NCBI GenBank assembly: GCA_964407865.1
Contig: CAYOXC010000003.1
Location: 12,760-76,759, forward strand
Reading direction: 5' to 3'
DNA from: an uncultured Gammaproteobacteria bacterium
Lineage (GTDB): Bacteria > Patescibacteriota > Patescibacteriia > Magasanikbacterales > GWA2-37-8
DNA length: 64,000 bases
Numbering within the stretch: the stretch's first letter is position 1; each line of letters opens with the position of its first letter. A model generated the notes under the pieces. It ran no database searches and was not told where the DNA came from. It worked only from the letters and a program-made list of their open reading frames with translations. Positions 10,209 through 21,043 of this stretch are shown piece by piece. A program made the position numbers and the translations under genes.

Positions 10209-10599
10209 GGTTCATTACAGGCAATCGCTGTGTATATTTATACATGGAGGAAAGTCCGAACACGCCCGCGCACATTTTACGCGGAGCAGGGTAGCGGGTA
10301 ACGCCCGTCGGGAGTGATCCCAGAGGTGCGAGCAGAGACGTCTGTGGTCGAAAGGCCAAAGAGAGCAAACCCCAAGTAGTTGATTAATCAATTATGAGCT
10401 TAGCTTCAATCAAGGGGATAAAAGATTGAAGGTGAAACGGCTAAATCCTTACCTGCGTGCAAGAGCAATGTTTCCGTTTTTAAATGGATTCAAAAAGTTA
10501 GCTCGCTTGATCGCTTAAAGTAATTTACGCGACAGATAAATGATTGCTCTCTGACCTTGCGTCGGAGTACAAAATTCGGCTTATTATAATGAACATTAA
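10209..10599 (+). ncRNA. rnpB: RNase P RNA (bacterial type A)
   Basis: Conserved blocks ggaggaaagtccg (10247), agggtagcgggtaacgcc, aaagagagcaaacc, aaggtgaaacgg and ttcggcttat near the 3' end. The P1 pairing is 10211..10219 with 10588..10596. An intrinsic terminator follows immediately. Confidence 0.8.
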
Positions 10600-10600
10600 A

Positions 10601-10626
10601 AAACTCCCTGACGGGAGTTTTTTAAT
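10601..10626 (+). terminator. Rho-independent terminator after rnpB
   Basis: aaaaactccctgacgggagtttttt: a GC stem followed by a T-run. Confidence 0.65.
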
Positions 10627-10714
10627 TTGGGTAAAATAAATTATATATTTTTATCACAACAGGCAACACCACTCGCCTTCGTCCCTTCGGGACTACGGAC
10701 GGGCAAGTCGGCCT

Positions 10715-12496
10715 CTATACTTGAATCACAACCGGTAACACCATCGGTCGCTTTTCTGTTTTTGAGAACAAGAACTGTCCGACATAGTCGCGAATTTTAT
10801 TTCTGATTTCATTGGTGTCTGCCCAGGAAAGCGGATCTGAATCATGAATTAGTTTTTTAACTCTATGGCGTAGATCTTCAATTAGTTCTTTGTTTTCTTT
10901 CAAGAAAACAAATCCGCGAGAAATAATATCTGGGTTTTGCACCAATTGGCCGGTTTTTGAGTGCACCGTGGCAATAACCACAATCATGCCATCTTCTGCC
11001 AGCACCTGGCGATCGCGAAGTACAATATTGGTTTCATCTGATACTCCCAGTCCATCAACAAAGACATAGTCAGACGGTACTTCTTCTTTGGTAAGCTTGC
11101 CAATGCCGCGCGAAAATTCCATCACTTGTCCATTGTCGGCAATAAAAATATTATCTTTTGGTATGCCGACTGATTCGGCTACGCGAGCATTGTAATGCAA
11201 AAGAAAATGATTGCCTTCGATCGGCACAAAATATTTGGGGTTTAAAAGTCGAATCATTAATTTAACATCGTCTGCCTTGGCGTGTCCACCAGCGTGTACA
11301 TCCATCATTTGGTAGTGGATTACATCGGCGCCTTTTCTAAATAAAGTGTCTTTTAGGCGCTGCACGGTTCGTTCATTGCCCGGCACAACAGATGAAGAAA
11401 AAATAACCGTATCTCCAGAAACAAGTTTAACCAAGCGATGTTCACCGCTAGCAATACGCATCAGTGAGGCATTTTTTTCACCTTGGGCGCCAGTACAGAC
11501 AATTACAACTTTATTATCAGGATAGTCATGAGCGCGCCTGAGATCAATCAAAGTTTTCGGGCTAAATTTCATGTATCCCAAGGCTTTAGCTATTTCTACA
11601 TTATTTTTCATGGAATATCCGTCTAGCGCAACGACCTTGCCGTTTTTTTCCGATAATTCAATAATTTGTTTGATACGAGAAAGTAGAGAAGCAAAGGTGC
11701 CAATAATAATTCTGCCTGGCGCCTTTTTGATCAGATCTTCTAGATTTGTAGAGATTTCCGATTCTGACATTTGATGTCCTGGGTGCGAAGCGTTGGTTGA
11801 ATCAGATAATAGGGCGAGAACTCCTTTTGAACCAATTTGGGCGATGCGTTGAAGATCGGCTGGTTCTTCGCCGACTGGTTGGTAATCAAATTTCCAATCC
11901 CCGGAATGAACGATCGTGCCCTCTGGTGTGTGAACAACGACGCCCATTGAGTCGGGAATATTGTGATTTAAATGAAGAAATTCTAATTCAAACGAACCTA
12001 AACGAAGCTTATCTTCAAGAGCGATGTTGTGAATGTTTAAAGGCTGTACATTTTTAAAATCGTCCTGACGTTTTTTGATAATCGCGGTAGTTAAGGGCAA
12101 TCCGTATATCGGAGGATAGCCCAATGTAGGAATTAAATGCGGAATACCGCCGATATGATCATAGTGGGCGTGAGTAATAATTACTCCGCGGATATTTTTT
12201 TCTTTGCCTTTCAGATAAGACATGTTCGGGATAATATAATCAATACCTGGCATGTCTTCTTCGGGAAATTGCAAACCCATATCGATAATAATAATATCGC
12301 CATTATATTCAATCATGGTGCAATTGCGACCGACTTCCTCAAGTCCGCCTAGTACGGCCACGCGAAGTTTTGTTTCTGTACCGCGAAAACGCGAAAACGA
12401 CGGCCGTTCAAACGAGCTCGGCGCGCCTTTATCTCTGGTCCGGCCGAATGTTCGGCGGGGCCGTCTATGAGTCTTGCTTGGATGTTTTGTTATCAT
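10715..12496 (-). CDS. rnj: Ribonuclease J (metallo-beta-lactamase / beta-CASP RNase) with a ~45-aa basic N-terminal extension
   Basis: 593 aa; HAHYDHIGG metallo-beta-lactamase motif; RNase J-like architecture across the whole length. Confidence 0.85.
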   Translation of the reverse strand: MITKHPSKTHRRPRRTFGRTRDKGAPSSFERPSFSRFRGTETKLRVAVLGGLEEVGRNCTMIEYNGDIIIIDMGLQFPEEDMPGIDYIIPNMSYLKGKEKNIRGVIITHAHYDHIGGIPHLIPTLGYPPIYGLPLTTAIIKKRQDDFKNVQPLNIHNIALEDKLRLGSFELEFLHLNHNIPDSMGVVVHTPEGTIVHSGDWKFDYQPVGEEPADLQRIAQIGSKGVLALLSDSTNASHPGHQMSESEISTNLEDLIKKAPGRIIIGTFASLLSRIKQIIELSEKNGKVVALDGYSMKNNVEIAKALGYMKFSPKTLIDLRRAHDYPDNKVVIVCTGAQGEKNASLMRIASGEHRLVKLVSGDTVIFSSSVVPGNERTVQRLKDTLFRKGADVIHYQMMDVHAGGHAKADDVKLMIRLLNPKYFVPIEGNHFLLHYNARVAESVGIPKDNIFIADNGQVMEFSRGIGKLTKEEVPSDYVFVDGLGVSDETNIVLRDRQVLAEDGMIVVIATVHSKTGQLVQNPDIISRGFVFLKENKELIEDLRHRVKKLIHDSDPLSWADTNEIRNKIRDYVGQFLFSKTEKRPMVLPVVIQV

Positions 12497-12616
12497 AAAA
12501 ATTGTGTCTCAAAAATAATTTGAGAAAAATAAATTAAATTAATAAGAAGTAGTTCCTCATAAGAGGAAATATTTTTTTAAAAAATATTAAGTGAGTTGGT
12601 TTGGTTATCGCTTTTG

Positions 12617-12698
12617 TGCGGACGGAGAGACTCGAACTCTCAAGGCCGAAGCCATACGCTTCTGAGACGTACGCGTATACCAGTTCCGCCACGTCCGC
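12617..12698 (-). tRNA. tRNA-Leu (anticodon CAG), class II with a long variable arm
   Basis: Minus-strand read GCGGACG...CGTCCGC-A; anticodon stem TACGT/GCGTA with loop CTCAGAA; T-arm GAGAGTTCGAGTCTCTC; 82 nt. Confidence 0.8.
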
Positions 12699-12759
12699 AA
12701 GTGTTAGAGTTATATTAAAAAACTATTTTAAGTTGCAGACTTGTTTTTAGGCACTCTCG

Positions 12760-12850
12760 CCCTGTAGTGACGCAAAAAGCGTCTTACTACCAGGGGGTTC
12801 CGCCACGCCTGCCTTGTAGTGGCGCAAAGCGCCTACTATCAGGGTCCGCG
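12760..12850. repeat. Two tandem ~45-nt hairpin-forming repeats between the OppA-like gene and tRNA-Leu
   Basis: The two repeats are ccctgtagtgacgcaaaaagcgtcttactaccaggg and ccttgtagtggcgcaaagcgcctactatcaggg. Each is an imperfect stem-loop. Confidence 0.4.
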
Positions 12851-12973
12851 AGTGTTTGTTGAACCACGCCTAAGTAGAGATGTAGATCAGTTTCTATTGA
12901 GACCCGCTAATGTTTGAAGAAATAGTAAGTGATAATAATATCACAAAAATCAGTAGTTGTCAATAGTATCGCT

Positions 12974-14926
12974 CTAGTTATCAGATTTTTTAAGAGACCA
13001 CTTTGTTTTTATGTACCAGTTTGAGAGATTGTTAAATCGGTCAGAAGGTGAAAAAATTCGGCCAAAATCAACGCCTTTGACTTTTTTATCAATTAAATAA
13101 TCATAGGTCGGAGAGTAGAGAAAAACTGCCGGTAGTTCCTTTACTAGTATATCCTGAAATATTCTGTATATGCCGGCCCTTGCCTCGGAGCTGGTGGCGA
13201 TACGGGCGTTTTCGAGCAGGGTATCAGCATGTCTGTCGGAAAACATAGCCAGGTTTAAGCCGGGGTATTCTGTTTGTGATGAATGCCAAAAAGGAAACGG
13301 ATCAGGGTCATCTCCAATGATTTCGCTAAAAAGTAAAACATTATATTGCCGCCCTTTTAGTGTTTCTCTACTAATATTTTTTCCTGGTACAATTATAACA
13401 TGTGTCTGCACGCCGATTGCCCGCCAAAATAAGGCGATAGATTCAGCTGCGTTTTGATATTCTGGTGTATCAGCAGTTGTTAGATTAATGTTAAGGATTT
13501 CATTTTTTGAATTTTTTCGGTAATAGGTTTGATCAGGCCGCATTATTGCGCGCACTGAATCCTCAACTTCACTTTTCAGATTAGCTGACAAGGTGCTTGA
13601 GTTTGCCTCATAGTCAGGAAGATTTTTTATTTCTTGTTCTCGTTCTTTGAACAAGCTTTCACTTTTTAGCGAAAAATATTCATCAGGATCAATTCTCGGC
13701 CAATCTTTGTCCAAAAGAGCAGCTGCCTCATCAGCATTAAAATTAATTTTTTCAATGTCAGGATAATAACCGAGAAAGCCGGGTATAATGGGTGAATTAA
13801 CGATTTCTCCGTTATCGCCAAGCGCTGATTGCATAACAATATTTTTATCAATTGCTTGAGTCAATGCCTTGCGCACATCAATATTTTTTAGTGCCGCCAG
13901 AGAATCATCGTTGAAAAATAATGCGGTATATTGAGGCAATCGCATTTTATAACTTTGAAAATTTTTACCGCCATAAGTTTCACTTAGATTGCGTGGTATA
14001 AAAGCTAGACCCATAAAAGATCGGACCTTCAAATCATCAGCCGCCGGCACAAAGTCTTGATAAAATTTAAAAGTTATTTTTTTTATGTATGGAATTTCTC
14101 CAAAGTAACGGTCGTTGCGCTCAAGTGAAAATGTTTCAACACCCCCTTCGTTTTTAATCATTTTGCTGAATTTCCATGGTCCCGAGGTTATTTTTGGTTG
14201 TAAATTGTCTTTTGCCAGGCGCAGGTTAGCCGGTGCTATCATGCCAAAAATATGCTCAGGAATAACACCAAGCGCTAAGTTGGAGGCAAAAGGGGCAAAT
14301 GGCTCTTTGAGTGTAAATGTAATTTCAAAAGGGCCAGTTTTTTCTACGGTCACACCATTGAAAGAAGGGTAGAGCGGGCTTTGTACTTCGGGATTTTGGA
14401 TTACTTCAAGAGTATAGGCGATGTCGTCTGCATCAATTTTTTCTCCATCAGTCCAAAAGGCGTCTTCGCGCAGTTTAACAGCGTAAGTTTTTCTATCTTC
14501 GCTTATAGTCAAACTAGCCGCTAGTTCAGGGATTAATTTTTGATCCTCGCTGATTTTAAAAAGACGCGAATATAGTAAGGGTGAAATATCCGCATCTACA
14601 TCGTTTGCTGGTGCGAATATTGGGTTGATAATTTTTGGCTGTCCAATTAGCGCTTCTGAATATTCTCCTCCTTGTCTTGGTTCAAAAGAAAGATAATTTG
14701 GAGCGGTGATTATTATAAGAGCAGTAAAAGCCCCAATTGCTGAAAATATCGCAATGCCAATAATCGTTTTTTCAAGAGGTGAAAGAAATCTTCCGATATA
14801 GCAAAATTGGCGCCAGGTTGGCCAACGTCGTTTGCGAAGATTTTTGACCAACTTGGTATCAAAATCACGAACCAAAGGTTTTGGCTTATTTTTAATAAAC
14901 CGTCGGAAGATGTTTTTCCAATCCAT
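12974..14926 (-). CDS. ABC transporter substrate-binding protein, family 5 (oligopeptide/dipeptide-binding, OppA-like) with an N-terminal TM anchor
   Basis: 650 aa; N-terminal TM helix; overall SBP_bac_5-like layout (GGEYSEALIGQPKIINP... near the N-terminus of the mature domain). Confidence 0.55.
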   Translation of the reverse strand: MDWKNIFRRFIKNKPKPLVRDFDTKLVKNLRKRRWPTWRQFCYIGRFLSPLEKTIIGIAIFSAIGAFTALIIITAPNYLSFEPRQGGEYSEALIGQPKIINPIFAPANDVDADISPLLYSRLFKISEDQKLIPELAASLTISEDRKTYAVKLREDAFWTDGEKIDADDIAYTLEVIQNPEVQSPLYPSFNGVTVEKTGPFEITFTLKEPFAPFASNLALGVIPEHIFGMIAPANLRLAKDNLQPKITSGPWKFSKMIKNEGGVETFSLERNDRYFGEIPYIKKITFKFYQDFVPAADDLKVRSFMGLAFIPRNLSETYGGKNFQSYKMRLPQYTALFFNDDSLAALKNIDVRKALTQAIDKNIVMQSALGDNGEIVNSPIIPGFLGYYPDIEKINFNADEAAALLDKDWPRIDPDEYFSLKSESLFKEREQEIKNLPDYEANSSTLSANLKSEVEDSVRAIMRPDQTYYRKNSKNEILNINLTTADTPEYQNAAESIALFWRAIGVQTHVIIVPGKNISRETLKGRQYNVLLFSEIIGDDPDPFPFWHSSQTEYPGLNLAMFSDRHADTLLENARIATSSEARAGIYRIFQDILVKELPAVFLYSPTYDYLIDKKVKGVDFGRIFSPSDRFNNLSNWYIKTKWSLKKSDN

Positions 14927-14969
14927 GTAAGACGATTATGGAAGTATTATTGGTTTGCCTTGTAAGCAA

Positions 14970-15212
14970 TTAGAAAAAAAGGCGACTAAAGGAAAAGCCA
15001 AAAAATAAACAGGCAATAACGATTGTTGCGTAAAAAAGTATTTTGTCTACACCTCGTTTGGTGCTGTAAACATTTGAGGATCCGCCGAAAACACCGCCTA
15101 ACCCAGCGCCTTTTTGCTGAAGTAGAATTACAATAACGAGAAGCAGTGAAAGTATAATCTGTATTATATCGTAGAATTTGTTCATATCCGGCATATCAAC
15201 TTCCAGAGACAA
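14970..15212 (-). CDS. secG: Preprotein translocase subunit SecG (likely true start ATG at 15194 or 15185)
   Basis: Two TM helices flank LLQQKGAGLGGVFGGSS, the SecG signature. The TTG chosen by the ORF caller lies inside a conserved upstream motif. Confidence 0.7.
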   Translation of the reverse strand: MSLEVDMPDMNKFYDIIQIILSLLLVIVILLQQKGAGLGGVFGGSSNVYSTKRGVDKILFYATIVIACLFFGFSFSRLFF

Positions 15213-15357
15213 ATAATTTTAAAGATTTGTCTTCGGAAATAGAGTAATTATTAATAAATTATTTTTAGTAAGTTTTATTATTTTGACAACCGCTGAGAAG
15301 GAATGATGGCTTACCCGACAGCAGACAAACTGGAAGTTGTATTGCCGGGCACATTTC
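15181..15357. repeat. Paired inverted ~30-nt arms (family copy 1) bracketing the secG promoter region; the downstream arm covers the secG RBS and start
   Basis: Plus strand gttcatatccggcatatcaacttccagagacaaa (15181..15213) and cagacaaactggaagttgtattgccgggcacatttc (15322..15357); 10/10 inverted core caacttccag/ctggaagttg. Confidence 0.7.
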
Positions 15358-15500
15358 TAATAAAACAGACAAAAACATTGTACCAATTGAAACGGCAGAT
15401 GTCAACCATGCTAGGCATGTTATATTTTATATTATAGCTTTTTGATAATTGGCATGCTACGGCCAGCTGTGGTAAAATATGTAAAAGAAAAACAACCAAC

Positions 15501-16262
15501 ATGGCCGACTTTTATTTGCCTAAAACAAAGCATTGGTATTCAAAGTGGTGGGGAATTACCATTTTAGCGACTTTGTGTTTTATATTTGCCGCAGCAATAG
15601 CCTTTGCGTTGTTGATTTTTAATTATTGGCAGTTAATAAAGAGCGGTCAAGGAGATTGGCTAAAGCAACAGTTTTATTCTGATTCATTTATTCAAGCAGA
15701 AACACCGGAGATAAAAGCATTGCGCGAAGGATTAGAAACATTAGATGATCCATATCTTGGCAGTGTCAATGCTGATTTGGTGATAGTGGGGTTCATGGAT
15801 TTTAAGTGCCCTTTTTGCCGGGCGCAAATGCCAGATTTGGAAAAATTAGTATCCAAATATGGTTATATGATAAAAGTTATTGTTCGAGATTTTCCTATGG
15901 AATCAGTTCACGCAGGGACGGCTCGGCTGCATGAGATTGCTTCCTGCGCCAATGAGCAGGGTTTGTATTGGCCTTTTTCAGATTATTTTTATATTAATCA
16001 GGATGTTTTAGAAACATTATCAAACGAAGAAGTCGATGGCTTAATGGACGAACTTGGCGGAGATAAAGAAAAAATGAATGAATGTTTAAATAGTGGTCGA
16101 GGAAGAACAGAGGTCAGCCAGGATTATGCCGATGGTTACAAATTTGGTATAAAGCGCGGTACGCCAACATTTTTTGTAAATGGCAGAATGGTAGGCGAAG
16201 GCGGTCTGGTGCCATATGAAAGCTGGGAAACATTATTTGCAAATTTAGGACTTACTAATTGA
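15501..16262 (+). CDS. DsbA/thioredoxin-fold thiol:disulfide oxidoreductase, membrane-anchored
   Basis: 253 aa; N-terminal TM; CPFC active-site motif in a thioredoxin-like context. Confidence 0.7.
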   Translation: MADFYLPKTKHWYSKWWGITILATLCFIFAAAIAFALLIFNYWQLIKSGQGDWLKQQFYSDSFIQAETPEIKALREGLETLDDPYLGSVNADLVIVGFMDFKCPFCRAQMPDLEKLVSKYGYMIKVIVRDFPMESVHAGTARLHEIASCANEQGLYWPFSDYFYINQDVLETLSNEEVDGLMDELGGDKEKMNECLNSGRGRTEVSQDYADGYKFGIKRGTPTFFVNGRMVGEGGLVPYESWETLFANLGLTN

Positions 16263-16263
16263 T

Positions 16264-18048
16264 ATGAAATTTATTAAACAAATAATTTTGTTTTTCTTTC
16301 TTTTTTCTGTATTTTGTCCGATAAAATTTGTTTATGCCCAAGGCGTAGACACAGGCGTGTCAATGGCCAATCCTATGTGTTGGACAAAGGAGGCTTGTGA
16401 AAACAAGAGAAAACAATTACTGGGAGCAAACCCCGGTTCATACGAAGGTGGCTGGGTGCAAGAAGATCCTTGTACTGGCGACTGGGGTAAATGTTTGCCT
16501 GTTGGGGTAACAAAAGCCCAAATTTCTTTTGGCGGCGACCAAGAGTTTAGTGAAGCCGGCAGTTATATTCGCGCGGTTTATAACTATGGCATTGCTGCCA
16601 TCGGAATTGTTGCTGTTGTTGTGATTATCATTGCTGGAGCACAGTGGATAACTTCAGCTGGTAATGCTGAAGTAATTGGTCGAGCAAAAAAACGGATAAG
16701 CGGGGCGATTATAGGTTTGTTTATTGCCTATATGTCCTATGCTATTTTACAGACTATTAATCCAGCAACTGTTAGTTTGCGCCTGCCGCAGGTGTGGCTT
16801 ATCGCACCAGTTGAAGAACGAGGCGTTGAAGTGGCTGAAGGAGATTACTGTGATCCGACCGGTGGGCCGACTAAATCAGAGTGCGAATCTGGCGGAGATA
16901 AAATATGTTTTACCATTGGTTATGACAAGGATCGCGAGGGGCCTTGTGCCAAGGCGGCTTATTGGATATCGGTTGGTTCAGTTTCAATGCTTGGAGCGGC
17001 AGCTGGTGTCGGAGGTGCCCTTGGTAATGCAGGATCAAGAATAGTTAGTAGTGGTGGCAATGCTATTTCTAAGTTCGTTACAAAGATTCCAGCCAAAGAA
17101 TTGCTTAATTATTCAAAATCAGAGATCGCTAAGAGTACTTTAAAGAATGTTGGTTCAAAAGTTATTTCTTTGAATGGTTTAAAGTGGGGCGCTACTGCCG
17201 TTGGTGCCGGGGTTGTCTGTAGTAAAATATCAGAAGCCGCAGCCGACTCAGTTAGTTGTGGTCAAATTGCTATTAGCACGGCTGAGGGCGTAGTTAATTT
17301 AGCTATTGAGGAGTTTGATGATTTTTTTGCCAATCATAACGGTGTGTGTTTGCCAAAGGCCGAAGCCTTGAAAAATGGAGAAATGTGTAAAATTGGTTCC
17401 TCACAATGCGCAGAGGGTAAATGTGTAATGCTAGAAGGTGTTACAGCAATTTTTAAATGCTGGGCTAACACGGAAATTGGTTTTTGTTCTGATGGAAAAA
17501 ATAAAGCCATGTGCGCCAGCGATGCTGATTGCCAGTCAGGTTTAAAATGTATATTAGATCAATATGTACCAAGCTGTTCTGATGGCAGCAATGATTCACC
17601 TTGTGCTGTAGATGCAGACTGTGCACCAGGTTTAACCTGTAGCCTAAGAGCTTATGGCGGCCTCGGTCGTTGTGTTGGTTCAACGGTTGGTATCGGGAAT
17701 ATGTGTAAAACAAATTTTGAGTGTGCAGAGGGTGTGAGTTCTTGTTATGCTGTTAAAAATGAAAGTTGCCAGTTTAGTGCCTTGGTCACAGACGAAAGCT
17801 CCTCTGCTTCATGGGGGTTGATGAATTTAAATTCTGGAAATGTGATGCGAGGATATGGAATATGCGCAAGAAACCCTAGTGCAAGTGAGATTGGACCATA
17901 TATGGGAGATTATATGTTTTATTATCACGGAACGGCATGCGGGTGGACAGGAACTTCACTAAAATCTTATATTTTATGCCAGGACGATTCGGTGTGTGGA
18001 GGTAAAACTTGTACTTTTGGTGGTACTGATTTAGGAATTTGTATTTAA
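16264..18048 (+). CDS. Secreted/membrane protein with a TrbC/VirB2-like (T4SS pilin-like) two-TM module and C-terminal Cys-rich (Dickkopf-like CxxDADCxxGLxC) repeats
   Basis: 594 aa; signal peptide; AGAQWITSAGN...AKKRISGAIIGLFIAY two-helix module; repeated CASDADCQSGLKC / CAVDADCAPGLTC units. Confidence 0.4.
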   Translation: MKFIKQIILFFFLFSVFCPIKFVYAQGVDTGVSMANPMCWTKEACENKRKQLLGANPGSYEGGWVQEDPCTGDWGKCLPVGVTKAQISFGGDQEFSEAGSYIRAVYNYGIAAIGIVAVVVIIIAGAQWITSAGNAEVIGRAKKRISGAIIGLFIAYMSYAILQTINPATVSLRLPQVWLIAPVEERGVEVAEGDYCDPTGGPTKSECESGGDKICFTIGYDKDREGPCAKAAYWISVGSVSMLGAAAGVGGALGNAGSRIVSSGGNAISKFVTKIPAKELLNYSKSEIAKSTLKNVGSKVISLNGLKWGATAVGAGVVCSKISEAAADSVSCGQIAISTAEGVVNLAIEEFDDFFANHNGVCLPKAEALKNGEMCKIGSSQCAEGKCVMLEGVTAIFKCWANTEIGFCSDGKNKAMCASDADCQSGLKCILDQYVPSCSDGSNDSPCAVDADCAPGLTCSLRAYGGLGRCVGSTVGIGNMCKTNFECAEGVSSCYAVKNESCQFSALVTDESSSASWGLMNLNSGNVMRGYGICARNPSASEIGPYMGDYMFYYHGTACGWTGTSLKSYILCQDDSVCGGKTCTFGGTDLGICI

Positions 18049-18201
18049 TTTTTTGTTATTTTGAATACAAGTAATATTGTTTTTTGCTTGGTTTTACTAT
18101 TGACCTTGATCAAAAAAAGTGTTAGGATTAGTTGTCAAATAATTAAATTTAGCTGAATTTTGGCTAAATATAGATAACAATCATCCTAATACTTTTTTGT
18201 T

Positions 18202-21012
18202 ATGCCGGATAAAATCAAAATCAAAGGCGCCCGAGTGCACAATTTGAAGAATGTCAGTTTGGAAATTCCAAAGAATAAGTTTATTGTCATTACCGGACTA
18301 TCTGGTTCAGGAAAATCATCCCTTGCCTTTGATACGATATATGCCGAAGGTCAGCGCCGTTACGCTGAATCGCTCTCATCTTTTGCCCGCCAGTTTATGG
18401 AGGTGCGCGACAAGCCGGATATTGACTCCATGGAAGGTCTTTCTCCAACAATCGCTATTGACCAGCGCGCTTCTACCCAAAACCCTCGTTCAACCGTTGG
18501 AACAATAACAGAAATCTATGATTTTTTACGCTTGCTTTTTGCTCGAGCCGGTGAACAGTTTTGTCCTGATTGCGGTGTAAAAGTAGCGGCTTATACAACA
18601 GGTGAAATAGCGGAAAAAGTCAGAGGACTCGCTCGTAAGGGCGCGGTTTTTATTTTATCGCCATTAATACGAGATCAATTTGTTGAATCAAAAAGTTTGA
18701 TTGAAGAAGTTGAACAGTCCGGTTTAGACACTGTTTGGATTGATGGAGAATTTATTAAAATAAACGATTTGGTTAATTTCAATTTTAAACCGCAAAAAAA
18801 GTACAATATCAGTTTATTGGTTCAAAAAATTGAAGACATAAAAAAGGATGATCCAATGAAGCCGGTGGAAACAGCTCTAGATTTATCCAATGGACTTGTT
18901 GGTGTTCTTTATAATGGCAAGCCAGATCTTTTTTCAACTTCCGGGCTCTGTACTTCCTGCGGTAAATTAATGCCGGCATCAGATATTCGCAATTTTAGTT
19001 TTAATAGCCCAATGGGCGCTTGTCCGCGCTGTACAGGACTTGGTATTACTATGGAAGTTGATGTTGACTTGGTAATTCCAAATCCGCGTCTTACTATTGC
19101 CGAGGGCGCAATTCAGCCCTGGACGCGCATCACCGGCAATCAGGCCTGGTATCAGAAACTGCTTGCAGCTGTCGCTGATCGACATGGATTTTCATTGGAT
19201 ACGTCTTTCGGTGAATTAACGAAAATTGCCCGCGATATTGTATTAGCGGGTACAGGAATCGACACCTACATAATAGATGGAAAAAAAGCATGCTTTCTCG
19301 GAGTGGTTGAAGATTTAAGATCACGACATTTATCGACCGATTCAGAATATGTGCGCAAAGAGATTGAACAGTATATGCGCGAGCAAGTTTGTTCAGAGTG
19401 TCATGGCAAGCGTTTAAAACCCGAGTCTTTAGCGGTTAAAATAAACGGACGTAATATTGCCGAAGTAGCTGCTTTGAATATTGAAGAGGCTCGGGAGTAT
19501 TTTAAAACATTAAATGGCAATGGTAATGGCAATGGAAGTAAAAAAAATACGAAGTCAACAATAGCGACACCTATAGTAAAAGAAATAGTAGCTCGTCTTA
19601 CAAATTTAGCAAAAGTCGGATTGGATTATTTAAGCATAGACCGCGCCATGAATACTTTGTCCGGCGGCGAGGTGACGCGAGTGCGGCTTTCAACCCAGCT
19701 TACTTCTGGCTTAACTGGCGTTATTTATATTCTTGATGAGCCGTCTGTCGGTTTACACCCGCGCGACATTAAAAAATTAATTGAAACAATTAAGTTTTTA
19801 CGAGATTTAGGCAATACAGTCATTGTGGTTGAGCATGATGCAACCATAATGAGCGCGGCTGATTATTTGATTGATGTTGGTCCTGGAGCCGGATTATATG
19901 GCGGTGAAATTATGGCCAAAGGAACTCTTTCCGAAATTAAAAAATCTAAAAATTCTTTAACTGGCGATTATTTATCCGGCCGAATAAAAATAAAACGCAG
20001 TACATCAAGACAAAAAACTGATAAAATTACTAAAAAAATTCGCATTGTTGGCGCCAAGGCCTTTAATTTAAAAAATATTACAGTTGATTTTCCTTTAGCC
20101 AAGCTGGTTTGTGTTACCGGCGTATCTGGTTCAGGCAAGTCAACTTTGGTGGTAGAAATATTAAGCAAAGTTTTATCAAAACATTTTTATCGCGCTAAAG
20201 ATGAGCCGGGACAGCACAAGGGTGTTGAAGGTATCAATAATATTGATAAAGTAATTGCCATTGACCAAGCGCCGATTGGCCGGACTCCACGATCAAACCC
20301 AGCAACATATACAGGCGTGTTTACTTTAATTAGAGATTTATTTTCTGCCCTGCCAGAAGCAAAGATGCGACGCTATGACTCCGGTAAGTTTAGTTTCAAT
20401 GTAAAAGGCGGAGGCAGGTGCGAAGCATGTTCAGGCGAAGGCTATGTTAGGATACCAATGCAATTTTTAGCCGACGTTTTTGTCGTTTGCGATGAATGCA
20501 ATGGTTCGCGCTACAACCAGGAGGCACTCGAGATTCATTATCAGGGCAAAAATATTGCCGATGTGCTTAATATGACAGTGGAGGAAGCATTTAAGTTTTT
20601 TGTAAGTGATAGACAAATCGCTCAAAAATTAAATGTATTGCGTGATGTTGGCTTAGGTTATTTGCGTCTTGGCCAGCCGGCCACGACTCTCTCAGGCGGC
20701 GAGGCCCAGCGAATTAAATTAGCCACTGAATTGGCTCGAGTTTCAACTGGCAAAACTTTGTATATTCTGGATGAGCCGACGACCGGCCTTCATTTCGAAG
20801 ATATTGGTCGATTGTTACGCGTCCTCGAGCAATTGGTTGACAAGGGCAACACGGTTTTAATTATTGAGCACAATATAGATGTAATAAAAAATTGTGATTG
20901 GGTGATAGAGCTTGGTCCCGAAGGCGGTAAGGGCGGCGGAGAGTTGATTGTTTCTGGACCATTAGAAAAGCTGAAGAAAACAAAAAAAAGCTGGACAGCA
21001 AAATATCTTTAA
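18202..21012 (+). CDS. uvrA: Excinuclease ABC subunit A
   Basis: 936 aa; two ABC ATPase modules ([20 protein letters not shown]); zinc-finger cysteines; LSGGE signature motifs; contains an NGNGNGNGS low-complexity insert. Confidence 0.95.
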   Translation: MPDKIKIKGARVHNLKNVSLEIPKNKFIVITGLSGSGKSSLAFDTIYAEGQRRYAESLSSFARQFMEVRDKPDIDSMEGLSPTIAIDQRASTQNPRSTVGTITEIYDFLRLLFARAGEQFCPDCGVKVAAYTTGEIAEKVRGLARKGAVFILSPLIRDQFVESKSLIEEVEQSGLDTVWIDGEFIKINDLVNFNFKPQKKYNISLLVQKIEDIKKDDPMKPVETALDLSNGLVGVLYNGKPDLFSTSGLCTSCGKLMPASDIRNFSFNSPMGACPRCTGLGITMEVDVDLVIPNPRLTIAEGAIQPWTRITGNQAWYQKLLAAVADRHGFSLDTSFGELTKIARDIVLAGTGIDTYIIDGKKACFLGVVEDLRSRHLSTDSEYVRKEIEQYMREQVCSECHGKRLKPESLAVKINGRNIAEVAALNIEEAREYFKTLNGNGNGNGSKKNTKSTIATPIVKEIVARLTNLAKVGLDYLSIDRAMNTLSGGEVTRVRLSTQLTSGLTGVIYILDEPSVGLHPRDIKKLIETIKFLRDLGNTVIVVEHDATIMSAADYLIDVGPGAGLYGGEIMAKGTLSEIKKSKNSLTGDYLSGRIKIKRSTSRQKTDKITKKIRIVGAKAFNLKNITVDFPLAKLVCVTGVSGSGKSTLVVEILSKVLSKHFYRAKDEPGQHKGVEGINNIDKVIAIDQAPIGRTPRSNPATYTGVFTLIRDLFSALPEAKMRRYDSGKFSFNVKGGGRCEACSGEGYVRIPMQFLADVFVVCDECNGSRYNQEALEIHYQGKNIADVLNMTVEEAFKFFVSDRQIAQKLNVLRDVGLGYLRLGQPATTLSGGEAQRIKLATELARVSTGKTLYILDEPTTGLHFEDIGRLLRVLEQLVDKGNTVLIIEHNIDVIKNCDWVIELGPEGGKGGGELIVSGPLEKLKKTKKSWTAKYL

Positions 21013-21043
21013 AAATAAAAATTCCGACCAAAGTCGGAATTTT
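21013..21043. terminator. Bidirectional intrinsic terminator between uvrA and rplS
   Basis: aaaaattccgaccaaagtcggaatttttt: a hairpin flanked by an A-run and a T-run. Confidence 0.6.

Noticed and set aside
15190-15360. A sigma-54 (-24 GG / -12 GC) promoter reading of CTGGAAGTTGTATTGC / CTGGAAGTTGATATGC
   Set aside because: The GG-N10-GC spacing fits, but the flanking bases match the TGGCAC/TTGCA consensus poorly. In the gene-proximal arm the predicted TSS would fall inside the coding sequence. The inverted pairing with mirrored substitutions explains the conservation better. I cannot check for an rpoN gene from this window.
18049-18201. A TTGACC...TAGGAT promoter-like pair and a ttgatcaa palindrome upstream of uvrA (possible SOS/LexA-type operator)
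   Set aside because: The match to any known LexA box is weak and there is only a single occurrence. I left it uncalled.
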